A DNA stretch of 64,000 bases from an uncultured Solirubrobacteraceae bacterium. Its GTDB lineage: Bacteria; Actinomycetota; Thermoleophilia; Solirubrobacterales; Solirubrobacteraceae. Positions 26,805-36,621 of the stretch are shown here, piece after piece (positions within the stretch are counted from its first letter, which is position 1; every line of letters begins with the position of its first letter). Where the stretch lies: the NCBI GenBank assembly GCA_963697725.1, contig OY969096.1:1947438-2011437 (forward strand), given 5' to 3'. Both the position numbers and the translations under genes were made by a program. Under the pieces are notes generated by a model, which searched no databases, was not told the DNA's origin, and saw nothing but the letters and a program-made list of their open reading frames with translations.

Positions 26805-27941
26805 TCAAGCCAACCCGAACCAGCGCGCGCGTCGGCTGGAGCCAAAACGCTCCTTCTCGGCCACCAGCGCCACCGACGGCTCCTGATAGGTACCCGTGGG
26901 CTTGGGCCCCGAGAGGAAGTCCACGTCCACCCGCCCGACGCGTCCGGCGCCGAACTCGATGTAGCAGGAGCCCTGCCCCTGATAGGCGGCGTCCGAAGCG
27001 CCGTTGTGAGCCCGCGCGATCAACTGTTCGGCCACGATCTTCGCCGCACCCTCCGCGAACACGCCCGCTTTCGGGACGCCAACCTGTGCCACGTCGCCGA
27101 TCGCGTAAACGTCCGGGGAGCTCGTCTGGAGCGTGGCGGGGTCAACGGGGATGTAGGACCCGTCGGTGATGCCGCTGTCGATCACGACCTGCGCCGCGCG
27201 ATGCTTGGGCACGCCCAGGAACAGGTCGTAGGGCAGCTCCGAGCCGTCGTCCAAGTTGACCACGCCTCGCGCCCCGTCCAGCGAGCTGACGCGCTTCTGA
27301 GGGATGAAGGCGATCTCACGCTCGGCGAACGCTGCTTCGAGCGCACTTGAGGTTTCCGGCGAGGGCGGCACCGGAGTGCCCAACGGGATCACAAACGAGA
27401 TCTCACACGCGTCGCGCACGCCCTTCGCCGAGAGATAGTCGTGCAGCAGCAGCGCCGTCTCGCTGGGGGCGGGCGGGCACTTGAAGGGTGCGCCGCACAC
27501 GCCGATCACCGCGTGCCCGCTCGTGAAGCTCGGGAGCACACCAGCCAGGCGCTCGGCGCCGGCGACGGAGTAGAACTCGTTGCCGGACTCCAGCAGGCCC
27601 GGCGTAGCGTCGTAGTCGTAGTCGGCACCCAGTGCGATCACCAGCGCGTCGGCATCGTGCGTGCCGGCGTCGGTCGTGACCGTCCGCGACTCGGGATCGA
27701 TCGCGGTCACGGTCTCGCGCAGGAAGCGCACCCCCGGTTTGGCAATCTTCGCGTACGGCAGCCGCACCGCCTCCGCGCTCGTGCGCCCGAACATCACGTC
27801 GAGCTTCGAGAAGCCGAACACGAAGGCGTCGCCCTTGTCGATCAGCGTCACCTCGATCTCTTCGCCAAGTGCCTGCGACAACATCGTCGCGAGCTCGAGC
27901 CCGCCAAAGCCCGCCCCCAAGATCAGAACACGCCGCGCCAT
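26805..27941 (-). CDS. FAD-dependent oxidoreductase, sulfide:quinone oxidoreductase/FCSD-like
   Basis: LILGAGFGG, DALVIALGA, FKCPPAP, YAIGDVA, PKAGVFAE, CYIEFG. Confidence 0.85.
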   Translation of the reverse strand: MARRVLILGAGFGGLELATMLSQALGEEIEVTLIDKGDAFVFGFSKLDVMFGRTSAEAVRLPYAKIAKPGVRFLRETVTAIDPESRTVTTDAGTHDADALVIALGADYDYDATPGLLESGNEFYSVAGAERLAGVLPSFTSGHAVIGVCGAPFKCPPAPSETALLLHDYLSAKGVRDACEISFVIPLGTPVPPSPETSSALEAAFAEREIAFIPQKRVSSLDGARGVVNLDDGSELPYDLFLGVPKHRAAQVVIDSGITDGSYIPVDPATLQTSSPDVYAIGDVAQVGVPKAGVFAEGAAKIVAEQLIARAHNGASDAAYQGQGSCYIEFGAGRVGRVDVDFLSGPKPTGTYQEPSVALVAEKERFGSSRRARWFGLA

Positions 27942-27944
27942 CGC

Positions 27945-28730
27945 TCAGTCGTCGAAGGACTCCTCTTGCATCCGCGAGCGCAGCCGCAGGACTGCCTTCG
28001 TGTGCATCTGCGAGACGCGCAACTCCGTCACACCGAGCACCTCGCCGATCTCGCGCAGGGTCAGGTTCTCGTAGTAGTAGAGCGCGATCACGAGCTTCTC
28101 GCGCTCGGGCAGCTTCGCAATCGAGTCCGCGATCCGGTCCTTCAGATCGCCCACATCCAACGAGCGTGCCGGGTCCGGGGCGTTCGGGTCCTCGATCGTG
28201 TCCATCAGCGAGACCTGGTCGCCGCTGGAGTCAGACACGCTCCACAGCTCATCCAGCGCCACCATCGAGGAGTGCGAGATCGCCAGCAGCGACTCGTTCA
28301 ATTCGTCGACCGTGATCCCGAGCTCGTCCGCGATCTCCTGGTCGGTGGGGGCGCGCTGCAGCGTGTTCTCGAGCTTCGCGTTCGCGCGCTCGACTTCACG
28401 TGCGCGCGCCCGCACGCTGCGGGGGACCCAGTCCATCGAGCGCAGCTCATCGATGATCGCGCCCTTGATCCGCATGATCGCGTAGGTCTCGAACTTGATG
28501 TCACGAGACAGATCGAAGCGCTCAATCGCCGAGATCAGGCCAACGAGGCCGTAGGAGATCAGGTCCGCCTCCTCGACATGCGGCGGCAAGCCGGCCGCAG
28601 TGCGGCCCGCTACGTACTTGACCAGCGGCGAATAGGCGACGACCAGCCGCTCACGGACCTTGCTGTCGCCGTCGGACTTGTATCGACGCCACAATTCCCG
28701 CAGCTCGATCGGTTTGACATTTGTCTCCAG
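27945..28730 (-). CDS. whiG: RNA polymerase sigma factor, FliA/WhiG (sigma28) family
   Basis: LVKYVAGR, DLISYGLVGL, IKFETYAIMRIKGAIIDELRSMDWVPRS, YYYENLTLREIGEVLGVTE; CTG start proposed at 28730 (track start 28694). Confidence 0.92.
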   Translation of the reverse strand: METNVKPIELRELWRRYKSDGDSKVRERLVVAYSPLVKYVAGRTAAGLPPHVEEADLISYGLVGLISAIERFDLSRDIKFETYAIMRIKGAIIDELRSMDWVPRSVRARAREVERANAKLENTLQRAPTDQEIADELGITVDELNESLLAISHSSMVALDELWSVSDSSGDQVSLMDTIEDPNAPDPARSLDVGDLKDRIADSIAKLPEREKLVIALYYYENLTLREIGEVLGVTELRVSQMHTKAVLRLRSRMQEESFDD

Positions 28731-28746
28731 GGTGCTTCCCCTTGTA

Positions 28747-29694
28747 TCAGGCCCGAGGGTGGCTGCGCGCGTAGGCGCTTTTCAGTCGCGCGGACTCTAC
28801 CCGAGTGTAAATCTGGGTGCTCGACACACTCGCATGGCCCAACAGCTCTTGGATGCTGCGTAGGTCCGCGCCGCCGTCCAACAGGTGCGTCGCGAAGCTG
28901 TGGCGAAGCGCGTGCGGCGAGATTGCGCCGCCCGCGCGCTCGGCCACAGCGCCCGCGCGCGCGGTCCACATCCGCAGGCGCCTGCGGACATCGCTCGTAC
29001 CTAGTGAGCGGCCGGTCTTCGACAGGAACAGGGAATCAGAGCCACCGTCTTGGCCGCGGGTAGCTCGTGGCTCGGCGGTCAGCGCGCCACGTCCACGGTC
29101 GAGATATTCGCGCAGGGCCTTCATCGCTGGCTCGCCCACGGGCACAAAACGCGTCTTTCGCCCCTTGCCCTCCACGCGCAGCTGCTCCCCGTCCCAGTCC
29201 ACGTCGATCTCCCGCAGCGAGACCAGCTCCTCAGCGCGCAGGCCGCAGGCGTAGGCCAACTCGAACATCGCTCGATCGCGCAGCTCAAGCGAGCCGCCGG
29301 CTGGAATCGCGTCCAGTAGACCAGCGGCTTCGCGTGTGCTCAACACGCGCGGCAGATGGGAGCCGCGGCGGGGCGTGGAGACCAGATCGGCGGGGTTCTC
29401 CGCGATCGCGCCGTGCTCACGCTGGCTCGCAAACAGCGCTCGCAGCGCGGCGAGCTTGCGCGCGCTCGTGCTCGGCGCCGCGCCTTGCTCCGAAAGATGC
29501 GCGATGTAGCGACGCACCGCCTTTGGGTCCACCCCGCCGGGCGAGAGACCCTGTACCCCCGCCCACTGTGCGAACTGCTCCAGGTCCACGCCATAGGCGC
29601 GACGGGTGCGCTCCGCCGCATCGCGACGAGCTAGGTCCTCCATCAGCAACCCGATCGCGCCGCGCCAGTCGCCATTCTCTTGTGCGGTCCCCAT
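28747..29694 (-). CDS. xerC: Tyrosine recombinase XerC/XerD family
   Basis: RDRAMFELAYACGLR, GKGRKTR, PHALRHSFATHLL, LLGHASVSSTQIYT; chromosomal context downstream of rnhB; start trimmed to ATG 29694. Confidence 0.9.
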   Translation of the reverse strand: MGTAQENGDWRGAIGLLMEDLARRDAAERTRRAYGVDLEQFAQWAGVQGLSPGGVDPKAVRRYIAHLSEQGAAPSTSARKLAALRALFASQREHGAIAENPADLVSTPRRGSHLPRVLSTREAAGLLDAIPAGGSLELRDRAMFELAYACGLRAEELVSLREIDVDWDGEQLRVEGKGRKTRFVPVGEPAMKALREYLDRGRGALTAEPRATRGQDGGSDSLFLSKTGRSLGTSDVRRRLRMWTARAGAVAERAGGAISPHALRHSFATHLLDGGADLRSIQELLGHASVSSTQIYTRVESARLKSAYARSHPRA

Positions 29695-29818
29695 GACCCC
29701 GCTTATTTCGCCGCCACCCCGCTTGCGCCCTGCCCGCTGACCTCGCGCTACATTCACCGGTATGAGCCTAGTGCCAAGCGGCTGCACCCACGGGCATTAC
29801 CCCGTCGAGGCGTTGTAG

Positions 29819-30712
29819 ATGTACGGGCCCGCCACAAAGGAGCGCTGGCAGGACGTCGACTGGCAGGCACACCAGCGCTGGATTGAGATCGAAGGCACGC
29901 CCGTCAATACCGTCGTACTTGGGCCCGAGCATGAGCAGGGCACCCAGCCAATCGTGTTCGTCCACGGCCTCTCGGGCTCCTGGCCCAACTGGCTCGAGCA
30001 GCTACCCATCTTCGCGGCCACGCATCGCGTCATCACGCTCGACCTGCCTGGCTTTGGACACTCGCCCATGCCGCGCCAGACGATCTCGATCGGGGGCTAC
30101 GCGCGCCTACTCGATCAGCTACTCGACCGACTCGAGGTCGACGCCGCGGCCGTCGTCGGGAACTCGATGGGCGGCTTCATCGCCGCCGAGCTTGCGATCG
30201 CCTTCCCTCAGCGCGTCGAGCAGCTTGTGCTCATCTCCGCCGCGGGCCTCTCCACCCACCAGCACCGTGGCTCCACAACCGTGCTGCCGGCCTTGCGCCG
30301 CGCCGAGCGCGTCCTGACGGCAACCAGCGCCTGGGCCGCCTCCAAGTCGGATGAGGTAGTGGGTCGCGCGCGACTGCGCGATGCCGCGCTCGGCGTGGTC
30401 GTGCGCCATCCCGACCGACTATCCGCCGCGCTCGCCGCCGAGCAGGTGCGCGGTGCTGGCAAGCCGGGCTTTATCCAGGGTCTCGAAACCGTGCTCGACT
30501 ACGAGATCCGCGAGCGCCTGCCCGAGATCGCCTGCCCCACGCTGATTGTGTGGGGCGATCGCGATCGCCTGATCAGCGTGCGGGACGCCGACGTGTTCGC
30601 CGAACTGATCCCCAACTCGCGCAAGGTCGTCTTCGGCGACACCGGCCACATGTCGATGCTCGAGCGGCCCGAGGCCTTCAACGCACTGCTAGAGGAATTC
30701 CTCGGGGAGTAG
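29819..30712 (+). CDS. Alpha/beta-fold hydrolase
   Basis: VFVHGLSG, DLPGFGHS, GNSMGG nucleophile, WGDRD, GHMSMLE. Confidence 0.92.
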   Translation: MYGPATKERWQDVDWQAHQRWIEIEGTPVNTVVLGPEHEQGTQPIVFVHGLSGSWPNWLEQLPIFAATHRVITLDLPGFGHSPMPRQTISIGGYARLLDQLLDRLEVDAAAVVGNSMGGFIAAELAIAFPQRVEQLVLISAAGLSTHQHRGSTTVLPALRRAERVLTATSAWAASKSDEVVGRARLRDAALGVVVRHPDRLSAALAAEQVRGAGKPGFIQGLETVLDYEIRERLPEIACPTLIVWGDRDRLISVRDADVFAELIPNSRKVVFGDTGHMSMLERPEAFNALLEEFLGE

Positions 30713-30735
30713 CGCTTACGCGCGTCGGGGTGACC

Positions 30736-32427
30736 TCAGAGTGCTACCGCGCCCTCTGAGGCGCTCCCCACGAGCTTGGCGTACTTGCGGATCGCGACGT
30801 CGATGTGTTCGTCCGCGCGCGGCGGGCGCTCGTAGGCCGCAACCCGCGTCGCTATCTCCTCCTCGGCCAGCGCCACGTCCAGGCGCCCGGCATCGACGTC
30901 GATGCTCACCACATCGCCGGTGCGCAAGGCCGCGATCGGGCCGCCGCGAACCGCCTCCGGTGCTACGTGGGCGACCATGAAGCCATGGGTCGCGCCCGAG
31001 AAGCGCCCGTCGGTGATCAAGGCTACCTCCTCACCTAGACCCTCGCCCACGATCGCGGCGGTCACCGCCAGCATCTCGCGCATGCCTGGCCCGCCGGCGG
31101 GACCCTCGGCGCGGATCACCACCACGTCGCCCGCTTCGATCTCGTGCGCCAGCACCGCCGCCATCGCGGCCTCCTCGCCGTCGAACACACGCGCCGGCCC
31201 GGAGTGTTTGCGTCGCTCGTGCCCCGATAGCTTGACCACACAGCCATCTGGAGCCACGTTGCCGCGGAGGATCGCGAAACCACCAGTCGGTTTCAGGGGG
31301 TTCGACAGCGGGCGCACAACCTGCTGCCCCGCCGTCTCGCGCGCCTCGTCCGCAGCTTCGCCGATCGTTGCGCCACTCACGGTTGGCGCGTCCTCATTGA
31401 GGATGCCCGCCTGCTTCAGTCGCGCCAGCACCAACGGCACACCACCCGCTTCATACAGCTCAGTCGCCACGTACTGCCCGCCCGGCTGCAGGTCGCAGAG
31501 CAGCGGCGTACGCTCGGAGATTCCCTCGAACTCGTCGATCGTCAGCGGCACGCCCATTTCGCGCGCGACCGCCAGCAGGTGGAGCACGCCGTTGGTCGAG
31601 CCGCCGCTCGTCGCCACGGCGGCGATCGCGTTTTCTAGCGCGGGCTTGGTGATCACGTCGCTGGGCCGCTGCCCGCGACGCAGCACGTCCACGACTAGTT
31701 CGCCGCACTGCGTCGCCACCTCGAGCTTGCGCCCGTCCTCCGCCGGCACCATCGCCGAGCCAGGCGGGGAGATCCCCAGCGCCTCGAAGGCCATCGCCAT
31801 CGTATTCGCGGTGAACTGGCCGCCACAGGCGCCCGCACCCGGCGAGGCGGCCTCCTCCAGTTCGTGCAGCTCCTGCTCGGTGATCTTGCCCGAGGCGAAC
31901 TGACCCACGGCCTCGAACACCTGCTGGATCGTCACCTCCGCGCCTTTGAAGTGCCCCGGCTTGATCGAGCCGCCGTAGAGCATCAGCCCCGGAATATTCA
32001 GGCGCGCTAGCGCCATCACCGTGCCCGGGATCGTCTTGTCGCAGCCGGAGATCGTCACCAGCGCATCGAAGGCGTGGGCGCTTGCGACCAGCTCGATCGA
32101 GTCCGCGATCAGCTCGCGTGAGACCAGCGAGGCGCGCATTCCCGCCGTGCCCATCGTGATCCCGTCGGAGATCGCGATCGTATTCAGCTCCATCGGCGTG
32201 CCGCCCGCGGCGCGGATTCCCTCCTTCACCTTCGCCGCCAACACGCGGTTGTTGAAATTGCAGGGCATCGTCTCGATCCAGGAGTGCGCCACGCCCACGA
32301 TCGGCTTGGCCAGATCCTCGGCCGAATAGCCAATCCCATGCAGGTAGGCGCGCGCCGCCGCGCGCTCGGGACCCTCGGTCAGGGCGCGACTACGGTGCTT
32401 CAGATCGAACTCGGTGGCGGTGCTCAC
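30736..32427 (-). CDS. ilvD: Dihydroxy-acid dehydratase
   Basis: [47 protein letters not shown]. Confidence 0.97.
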   Translation of the reverse strand: MSTATEFDLKHRSRALTEGPERAAARAYLHGIGYSAEDLAKPIVGVAHSWIETMPCNFNNRVLAAKVKEGIRAAGGTPMELNTIAISDGITMGTAGMRASLVSRELIADSIELVASAHAFDALVTISGCDKTIPGTVMALARLNIPGLMLYGGSIKPGHFKGAEVTIQQVFEAVGQFASGKITEQELHELEEAASPGAGACGGQFTANTMAMAFEALGISPPGSAMVPAEDGRKLEVATQCGELVVDVLRRGQRPSDVITKPALENAIAAVATSGGSTNGVLHLLAVAREMGVPLTIDEFEGISERTPLLCDLQPGGQYVATELYEAGGVPLVLARLKQAGILNEDAPTVSGATIGEAADEARETAGQQVVRPLSNPLKPTGGFAILRGNVAPDGCVVKLSGHERRKHSGPARVFDGEEAAMAAVLAHEIEAGDVVVIRAEGPAGGPGMREMLAVTAAIVGEGLGEEVALITDGRFSGATHGFMVAHVAPEAVRGGPIAALRTGDVVSIDVDAGRLDVALAEEEIATRVAAYERPPRADEHIDVAIRKYAKLVGSASEGAVAL

Positions 32428-33050
32428 GCGGCGCGCACGATATCTGGTGCACCCTCGCCGCCGGTCTCACGCTCCCAACGCGTGAGCCGCGCTAGGTCGC
32501 GCTTGACGCGCTCAGGGTCGATCTGACGACCCGGCAGATGCATGTTCGCCTGCGCAATCAGGCGGCGCTCGTCCGCGTTCAGCGCCATCCACTTTGCCAG
32601 CACGTCGTCGGAGTCCGGTAGACGAGCACTGCCGTAGGGGCGCGAGTGATCCGGAAACGCCACGCAGTACTCGTTCAAAAGCGCACCGGTCTGCGGGACG
32701 TAAGCCACGATCGGACGGTGCGGGTAGATCAGGTAGGCATAGGAGGCTCCCGCCGCCTGCGCGCGCTCACCTAGGCCGCCCCACACGCGCAGAAACCCCA
32801 GGTCGCGATACATCGCCCAGTCGCGCTCCTCGATACAGGAGCGCAGCAGCGCACGCGCACGCTGCTCCGCGCGGCGCTCGCGGCCCGGGTCATAACCCAG
32901 CGGTCCGGCTTCGCGACGACGCCGCGCCCGCTCTCGTAGCGTCTGGACCTGTGCGCGGGCGAGCGCGAAGCCGCGCAGAACTCGCGAGCGCGCCAACTCC
33001 CACAGCAGCACCACCAGCACGATCGCCGCCGTGCCCAGCGCCAGCAGCAT
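32424..33050 (-). CDS. Hypothetical protein with N-terminal TM helix and EYCV...[13 protein letters not shown] motif
   Basis: Protein-like ORF 4 nt after the upstream stop; its TGA overlaps the ilvD GTG. Confidence 0.8.
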   Translation of the reverse strand: MLLALGTAAIVLVVLLWELARSRVLRGFALARAQVQTLRERARRRREAGPLGYDPGRERRAEQRARALLRSCIEERDWAMYRDLGFLRVWGGLGERAQAAGASYAYLIYPHRPIVAYVPQTGALLNEYCVAFPDHSRPYGSARLPDSDDVLAKWMALNADERRLIAQANMHLPGRQIDPERVKRDLARLTRWERETGGEGAPDIVRAA

Positions 33051-33054
33051 CGGC

Positions 33055-33333
33055 TCAGCGAGGGGTCCGCGAGGGCGGCGTCAGCGGTGCTCCACCGGCC
33101 GCACGCGGGAAGAAGATCACGCGCTCGGCATCCCGCGGCACCTCGCCAAAGCTCTTGACCAGCTCCGCCTCGCGGCGTCCATCGCGACGCTCGGTCGGTA
33201 CTGCGGCCCACATGCCCGCGTCCAGCTCGCGGCGAAAGGCCTCGATTAGCCGCTGCTCCTCCTCCTGCACCTCGACGTCGCCCTCCGCCAGCAAGATCTC
33301 ACCATGACCCGGCTTCATCCGCAAAAGCTTCAT
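33055..33333 (-). CDS. Small hypothetical protein with near-terminal FFPRAAGG motif
   Basis: 92 aa; CATAAT 9 nt upstream; di-Gly followed by an 11-residue tail. Confidence 0.8.
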   Translation of the reverse strand: MKLLRMKPGHGEILLAEGDVEVQEEEQRLIEAFRRELDAGMWAAVPTERRDGRREAELVKSFGEVPRDAERVIFFPRAAGGAPLTPPSRTPR

Positions 33334-33380
33334 CGTGCTCGGATTATGGCAAACAGCATCCTGCGTACCGACCGCTCGGC

Positions 33381-34247
33381 CTAGGACTGCTGCGAGGCCC
33401 GCGCCTGGGCTCTGATTCGCGCCAGACCCAGGACGTCAACGGGGCCAGGCCCAGCGCCCACGTCCCGCAGCCCATCACGCACCGCCTCGCCTGCGAGTGC
33501 GCGCGCGATGCGAGCCGCCTGCAGCGGCGTAGATCCCAGGGCCAGCTGCGCCGCTAGCAGCGAGGAATGCGTGCAGCCCGAGCCGTGCGCCGCGCCGTCG
33601 GGGTGACGCTCGCCCTCGATCTCGACCGGTGCAGCACCTGAGGTCGACTCCAGAAACAGATCTACCGAACGCTGGCGATGACCTCCCGTCACAACAACGG
33701 CATACGGCCCGAGCTTCAGCAGGGCGCGCGTCAGCGCTTCGACCTCGCGGTCCTCATCGTCCTCCGGTTCCGCGGCAGATAGGCCGGAGGCGCCGACCAG
33801 GACGCGTGCCTCAGGCATGTTAGGAGTCAACACGCTCGCGCGGGGCAGGATCCGTTCGACCAGCACCGACTGCGCCTCGGTCTCCAGCAGCCGTGCGCCG
33901 GACTCGGCGACCATCACCGGGTCGACTACGACCGGCACCTCGGCCGGCAGCTCCGCAAGTGCCTGTGCGACCGCGCGAGCGCTTTCGACCGTGCCCAGCA
34001 TCCCAACCTTGACCGCATCGATCTTGATGTCCGCAAACACTGCACGCACTTGCGCGAGGATCGCCTCGGCCGGTACTGACTGCACAGCTTCGACACCAAC
34101 CGTGTTCTGCGCTGTGATCGCGGTGATCGCCACGGTCCCGTGCACGCCGCAGCGCGCGAACGCCTTCAGATCGGCCTCAATTCCCGCACCACCGCCGGAG
34201 TCCGAGCCCGCGATGGTAAGCGCCGTGGGCGTGCGCTCCTCCACCAC
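33381..34247 (-). CDS. thiD: Hydroxymethylpyrimidine/phosphomethylpyrimidine kinase
   Basis: [52 protein letters not shown]. Confidence 0.95.
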   Translation of the reverse strand: MVEERTPTALTIAGSDSGGGAGIEADLKAFARCGVHGTVAITAITAQNTVGVEAVQSVPAEAILAQVRAVFADIKIDAVKVGMLGTVESARAVAQALAELPAEVPVVVDPVMVAESGARLLETEAQSVLVERILPRASVLTPNMPEARVLVGASGLSAAEPEDDEDREVEALTRALLKLGPYAVVVTGGHRQRSVDLFLESTSGAAPVEIEGERHPDGAAHGSGCTHSSLLAAQLALGSTPLQAARIARALAGEAVRDGLRDVGAGPGPVDVLGLARIRAQARASQQS

Positions 34248-34250
34248 CGC

Positions 34251-34709
34251 TCAAGAAGCCGGCGCCGCCGGACGGTTCCGATCGCCCGGACGCGGTGGGA
34301 AAATCGTGTAGCTGCCGATCGCCGTCACCAGCAGCCTGCCGTCCTCGTGGGAGACCTCGCTACGCAGGACCGCGCTGCGCCTGTTGCGCCGGTCGAGCTC
34401 CGTGCGACAGACGATCTCACCCTCGGTCGCGGTCTGCACATAGTTCACAGCGATGTTCAGCGTCGCGATCCGCTCCTCGCGCGTGGTCTGCGCCCACAGC
34501 GTCGAGCCCATGCAGTAGTCGATCAGCGCATAGGTCGCCACGCCCGAGAGCAGCCCACCCGCATTGATCAATTCGGGACGGATCGTGAGCCAAACCGTCT
34601 GTGGGTCCTCCCAGCGCATGCCCATGAACTCCGTAACTCCGTCGAACGCGCCAATCCTGCGTTCGCGTGCGTGGCCCGGGTCCGCCGGCGATTTGGTGTC
34701 CTCGCTCAC
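34251..34709 (-). CDS. PaaI family (hotdog-fold) thioesterase
   Basis: [28 protein letters not shown]; GTG 34709 with TAGCCT 8 nt upstream. Confidence 0.85.
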   Translation of the reverse strand: MSEDTKSPADPGHARERRIGAFDGVTEFMGMRWEDPQTVWLTIRPELINAGGLLSGVATYALIDYCMGSTLWAQTTREERIATLNIAVNYVQTATEGEIVCRTELDRRNRRSAVLRSEVSHEDGRLLVTAIGSYTIFPPRPGDRNRPAAPAS

Positions 34710-34775
34710 GGGCACGCAGGCTATCGCCCGCGCGAGCGCCCCTTGCATCCCAAGCCACGGCTAGCTTCACTCGAC

Positions 34776-35213
34776 GTGAGCTCCAACCCACGACTTGCCG
34801 ACCCGCACGAGCAGCAGCAGGCGCTCGGCCGGCGCGGTGAACAGCTGGCTGCCGAACATCTGCGCCGCGGAGGCCTCGAGCTGCTCGCGCGTAATGTGCG
34901 CACCGCGCGGGGCGAGATCGACCTGATCGCATTCGAACCCGCCGGCGGGGCGGACGGCGGGGTGCTCGTGTTTGTGGAGGTCAAGACGCGGCGCCTACAT
35001 GGCCGGAGCAGACACCCCCGCGAAGACCAACTGCCGCTCGCCGGGCTCGGCACCCGACAGCGCGCGCGCCTTCGGCGCCTGGCCGCAGCCTGGCTCGCCG
35101 ACCGCAGCCGGGTGCGGCCCTGGGCCGCGACGATCCGCTTTGACGCCGTGGGCATCGTGCTCGACCCGCACGGGCGCCTGCTGCAGATCGAGCACATACC
35201 GGGTGCGTGGTGA
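34776..35213 (+). CDS. YraN/UPF0102 family putative endonuclease
   Basis: LGRRGEQLAAEHL, RNVR...GEIDLI, VFVEVKTR, RFDAVGI; GTG 34776. Confidence 0.9.
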   Translation: MSSNPRLADPHEQQQALGRRGEQLAAEHLRRGGLELLARNVRTARGEIDLIAFEPAGGADGGVLVFVEVKTRRLHGRSRHPREDQLPLAGLGTRQRARLRRLAAAWLADRSRVRPWAATIRFDAVGIVLDPHGRLLQIEHIPGAW

Positions 35214-35243
35214 GCCGAGGAATAGGAAAGGGGCCTCGTCGCC

Positions 35244-35957
35244 TCAGAGCGCGAGCTGCTGATACGCCAGCGACTGAAACGACATGCGGTGCAACGGCGA
35301 GACGCCTTGGCGCAGGATCGCCTCGCGGTGCTCGGGTGTCGAGTAGCCCACGTGCTCGGCAAAACTCCAGCCGGGGTGCTCGCCGTCGGCATGGTGCATA
35401 TAGCGGTCGCGCGTCACCTTCGCCACGATCGAAGCCGCCGCGATTGCCGCGCTGGTCGCGTCGCCGTCCACGATCGCCCGCTGCGGGCGTCCGAAGTCGC
35501 GCACCGGAAAACCGTCGCTGAGGCACAGCACCTCGCCGGTGACCTCGCGCGTGACGCCGATCAGCGCGTCGCGCAGCGCCGCGAGGTTCGTCTTGTGCAG
35601 CCCGCGCGCGTCGATCCCGCGCACGCAACGGGATACAACGACCACCCGCGCCGCGCTGCGCAGCACCAACGGGAACAGCTGCTCGCGCGCGTCGGCGGTG
35701 TGTTGCTTGGAGTCGTTCAGCGCGCTGAGCGCTCGCAGCTCGCGTGTGCTGAGCGCGTCGTAGTCGAACAGTACGCCCGCGGCCACGAGCGGGCCCGCGA
35801 GGCACCCGCGCCCGGCCTCGTCGGCGCCCGCGACCAGCGGCACGCCGAGACGGCGATCGAACGCGAACAGGCGTCGTCCACTGCCCTTGCGACGAGCGCG
35901 GCGCCGTGCCCGAGCGCCACCCACCCCGCGACTCGCCTTATGCGCCTGTGCGCTCAC
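35244..35957 (-). CDS. rnhB: Ribonuclease HII
   Basis: AGADEAGRGCLAGP, LNDSK, DGDATSAAIAAASIVAKVTRD, HVGYST, HRMSF; start uncertain (35957 or 35984). Confidence 0.93.
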   Translation of the reverse strand: MSAQAHKASRGVGGARARRRARRKGSGRRLFAFDRRLGVPLVAGADEAGRGCLAGPLVAAGVLFDYDALSTRELRALSALNDSKQHTADAREQLFPLVLRSAARVVVVSRCVRGIDARGLHKTNLAALRDALIGVTREVTGEVLCLSDGFPVRDFGRPQRAIVDGDATSAAIAAASIVAKVTRDRYMHHADGEHPGWSFAEHVGYSTPEHREAILRQGVSPLHRMSFQSLAYQQLAL

Positions 35958-35997
35958 GACCTCGCCCTCACCGGCTGCGAGCACCTCTGCGACGACG

Positions 35998-36621
35998 CTA
36001 GAGGATGCCGATGCGGTCGGGGGGCCAGTAGGTGGCAAATGCCCCACCGATGATCCATCCGGTGGGGACTGGTCCCCAGAAGCGGCTGTCGTCGGATTCC
36101 CCACGGTTGTCGCCCATCATGAACCAGTGGCCGGGCGGAATCTTGATCGGTACCGGGAAGTTGCACTCCGAGACGCCAGGGCAAGGTCGTATGTAGGAGT
36201 CCGACTCACGTTTTCCGTTGCGGATCACGTGGCCTTCCACGATCTTGATCGTGTCTCCCGGTCCGGCCACCACGCGCTTGATGAAGTTTGTGCTCGTGTC
36301 CTCTTTCGGGACCGGTTCCGAGCAGGCCGATCCGCCCGGAGCGATCCGCGAACTCTGCCCGCACTCCTCTTGAGTAGCACCCTGCGGCGGGTGGAACACC
36401 GCGATCTCGCCGACATGCGGCTTGCCGAAATGCATGCCGATGCGGTTCACCAGCACGCGCTGGCCGATCGCGAGAGTCGGCTCCATCGAGCCGCTCGGGA
36501 TGCGATATGGCTTCACGATCCAGGCCTGAATCGCGAGCGCGAGGCCGAGCGCCACCAACACGATCACCACCAGCTCCACGATCGAGCCCGCCGTGGAGCG
36601 CTGGCGTTTGCTGCGTTTCAC
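35998..36621 (-). CDS. lepB: Signal peptidase I
   Basis: [39 protein letters not shown]. Confidence 0.95.
   Translation of the reverse strand: MKRSKRQRSTAGSIVELVVIVLVALGLALAIQAWIVKPYRIPSGSMEPTLAIGQRVLVNRIGMHFGKPHVGEIAVFHPPQGATQEECGQSSRIAPGGSACSEPVPKEDTSTNFIKRVVAGPGDTIKIVEGHVIRNGKRESDSYIRPCPGVSECNFPVPIKIPPGHWFMMGDNRGESDDSRFWGPVPTGWIIGGAFATYWPPDRIGIL

Noticed and set aside
28747-29694. Tyrosine recombinase as a prophage or island integrase
   Set aside because: XerC-like length and motifs, housekeeping position, no phage genes, att repeats or adjacent tRNA
33055-33333. Calling the GG protein ThiS or MoaD
   Set aside because: Lacks the recognisable ThiS/MoaD pattern, has a post-GG tail, and no thiG/thiF/moaE is adjacent
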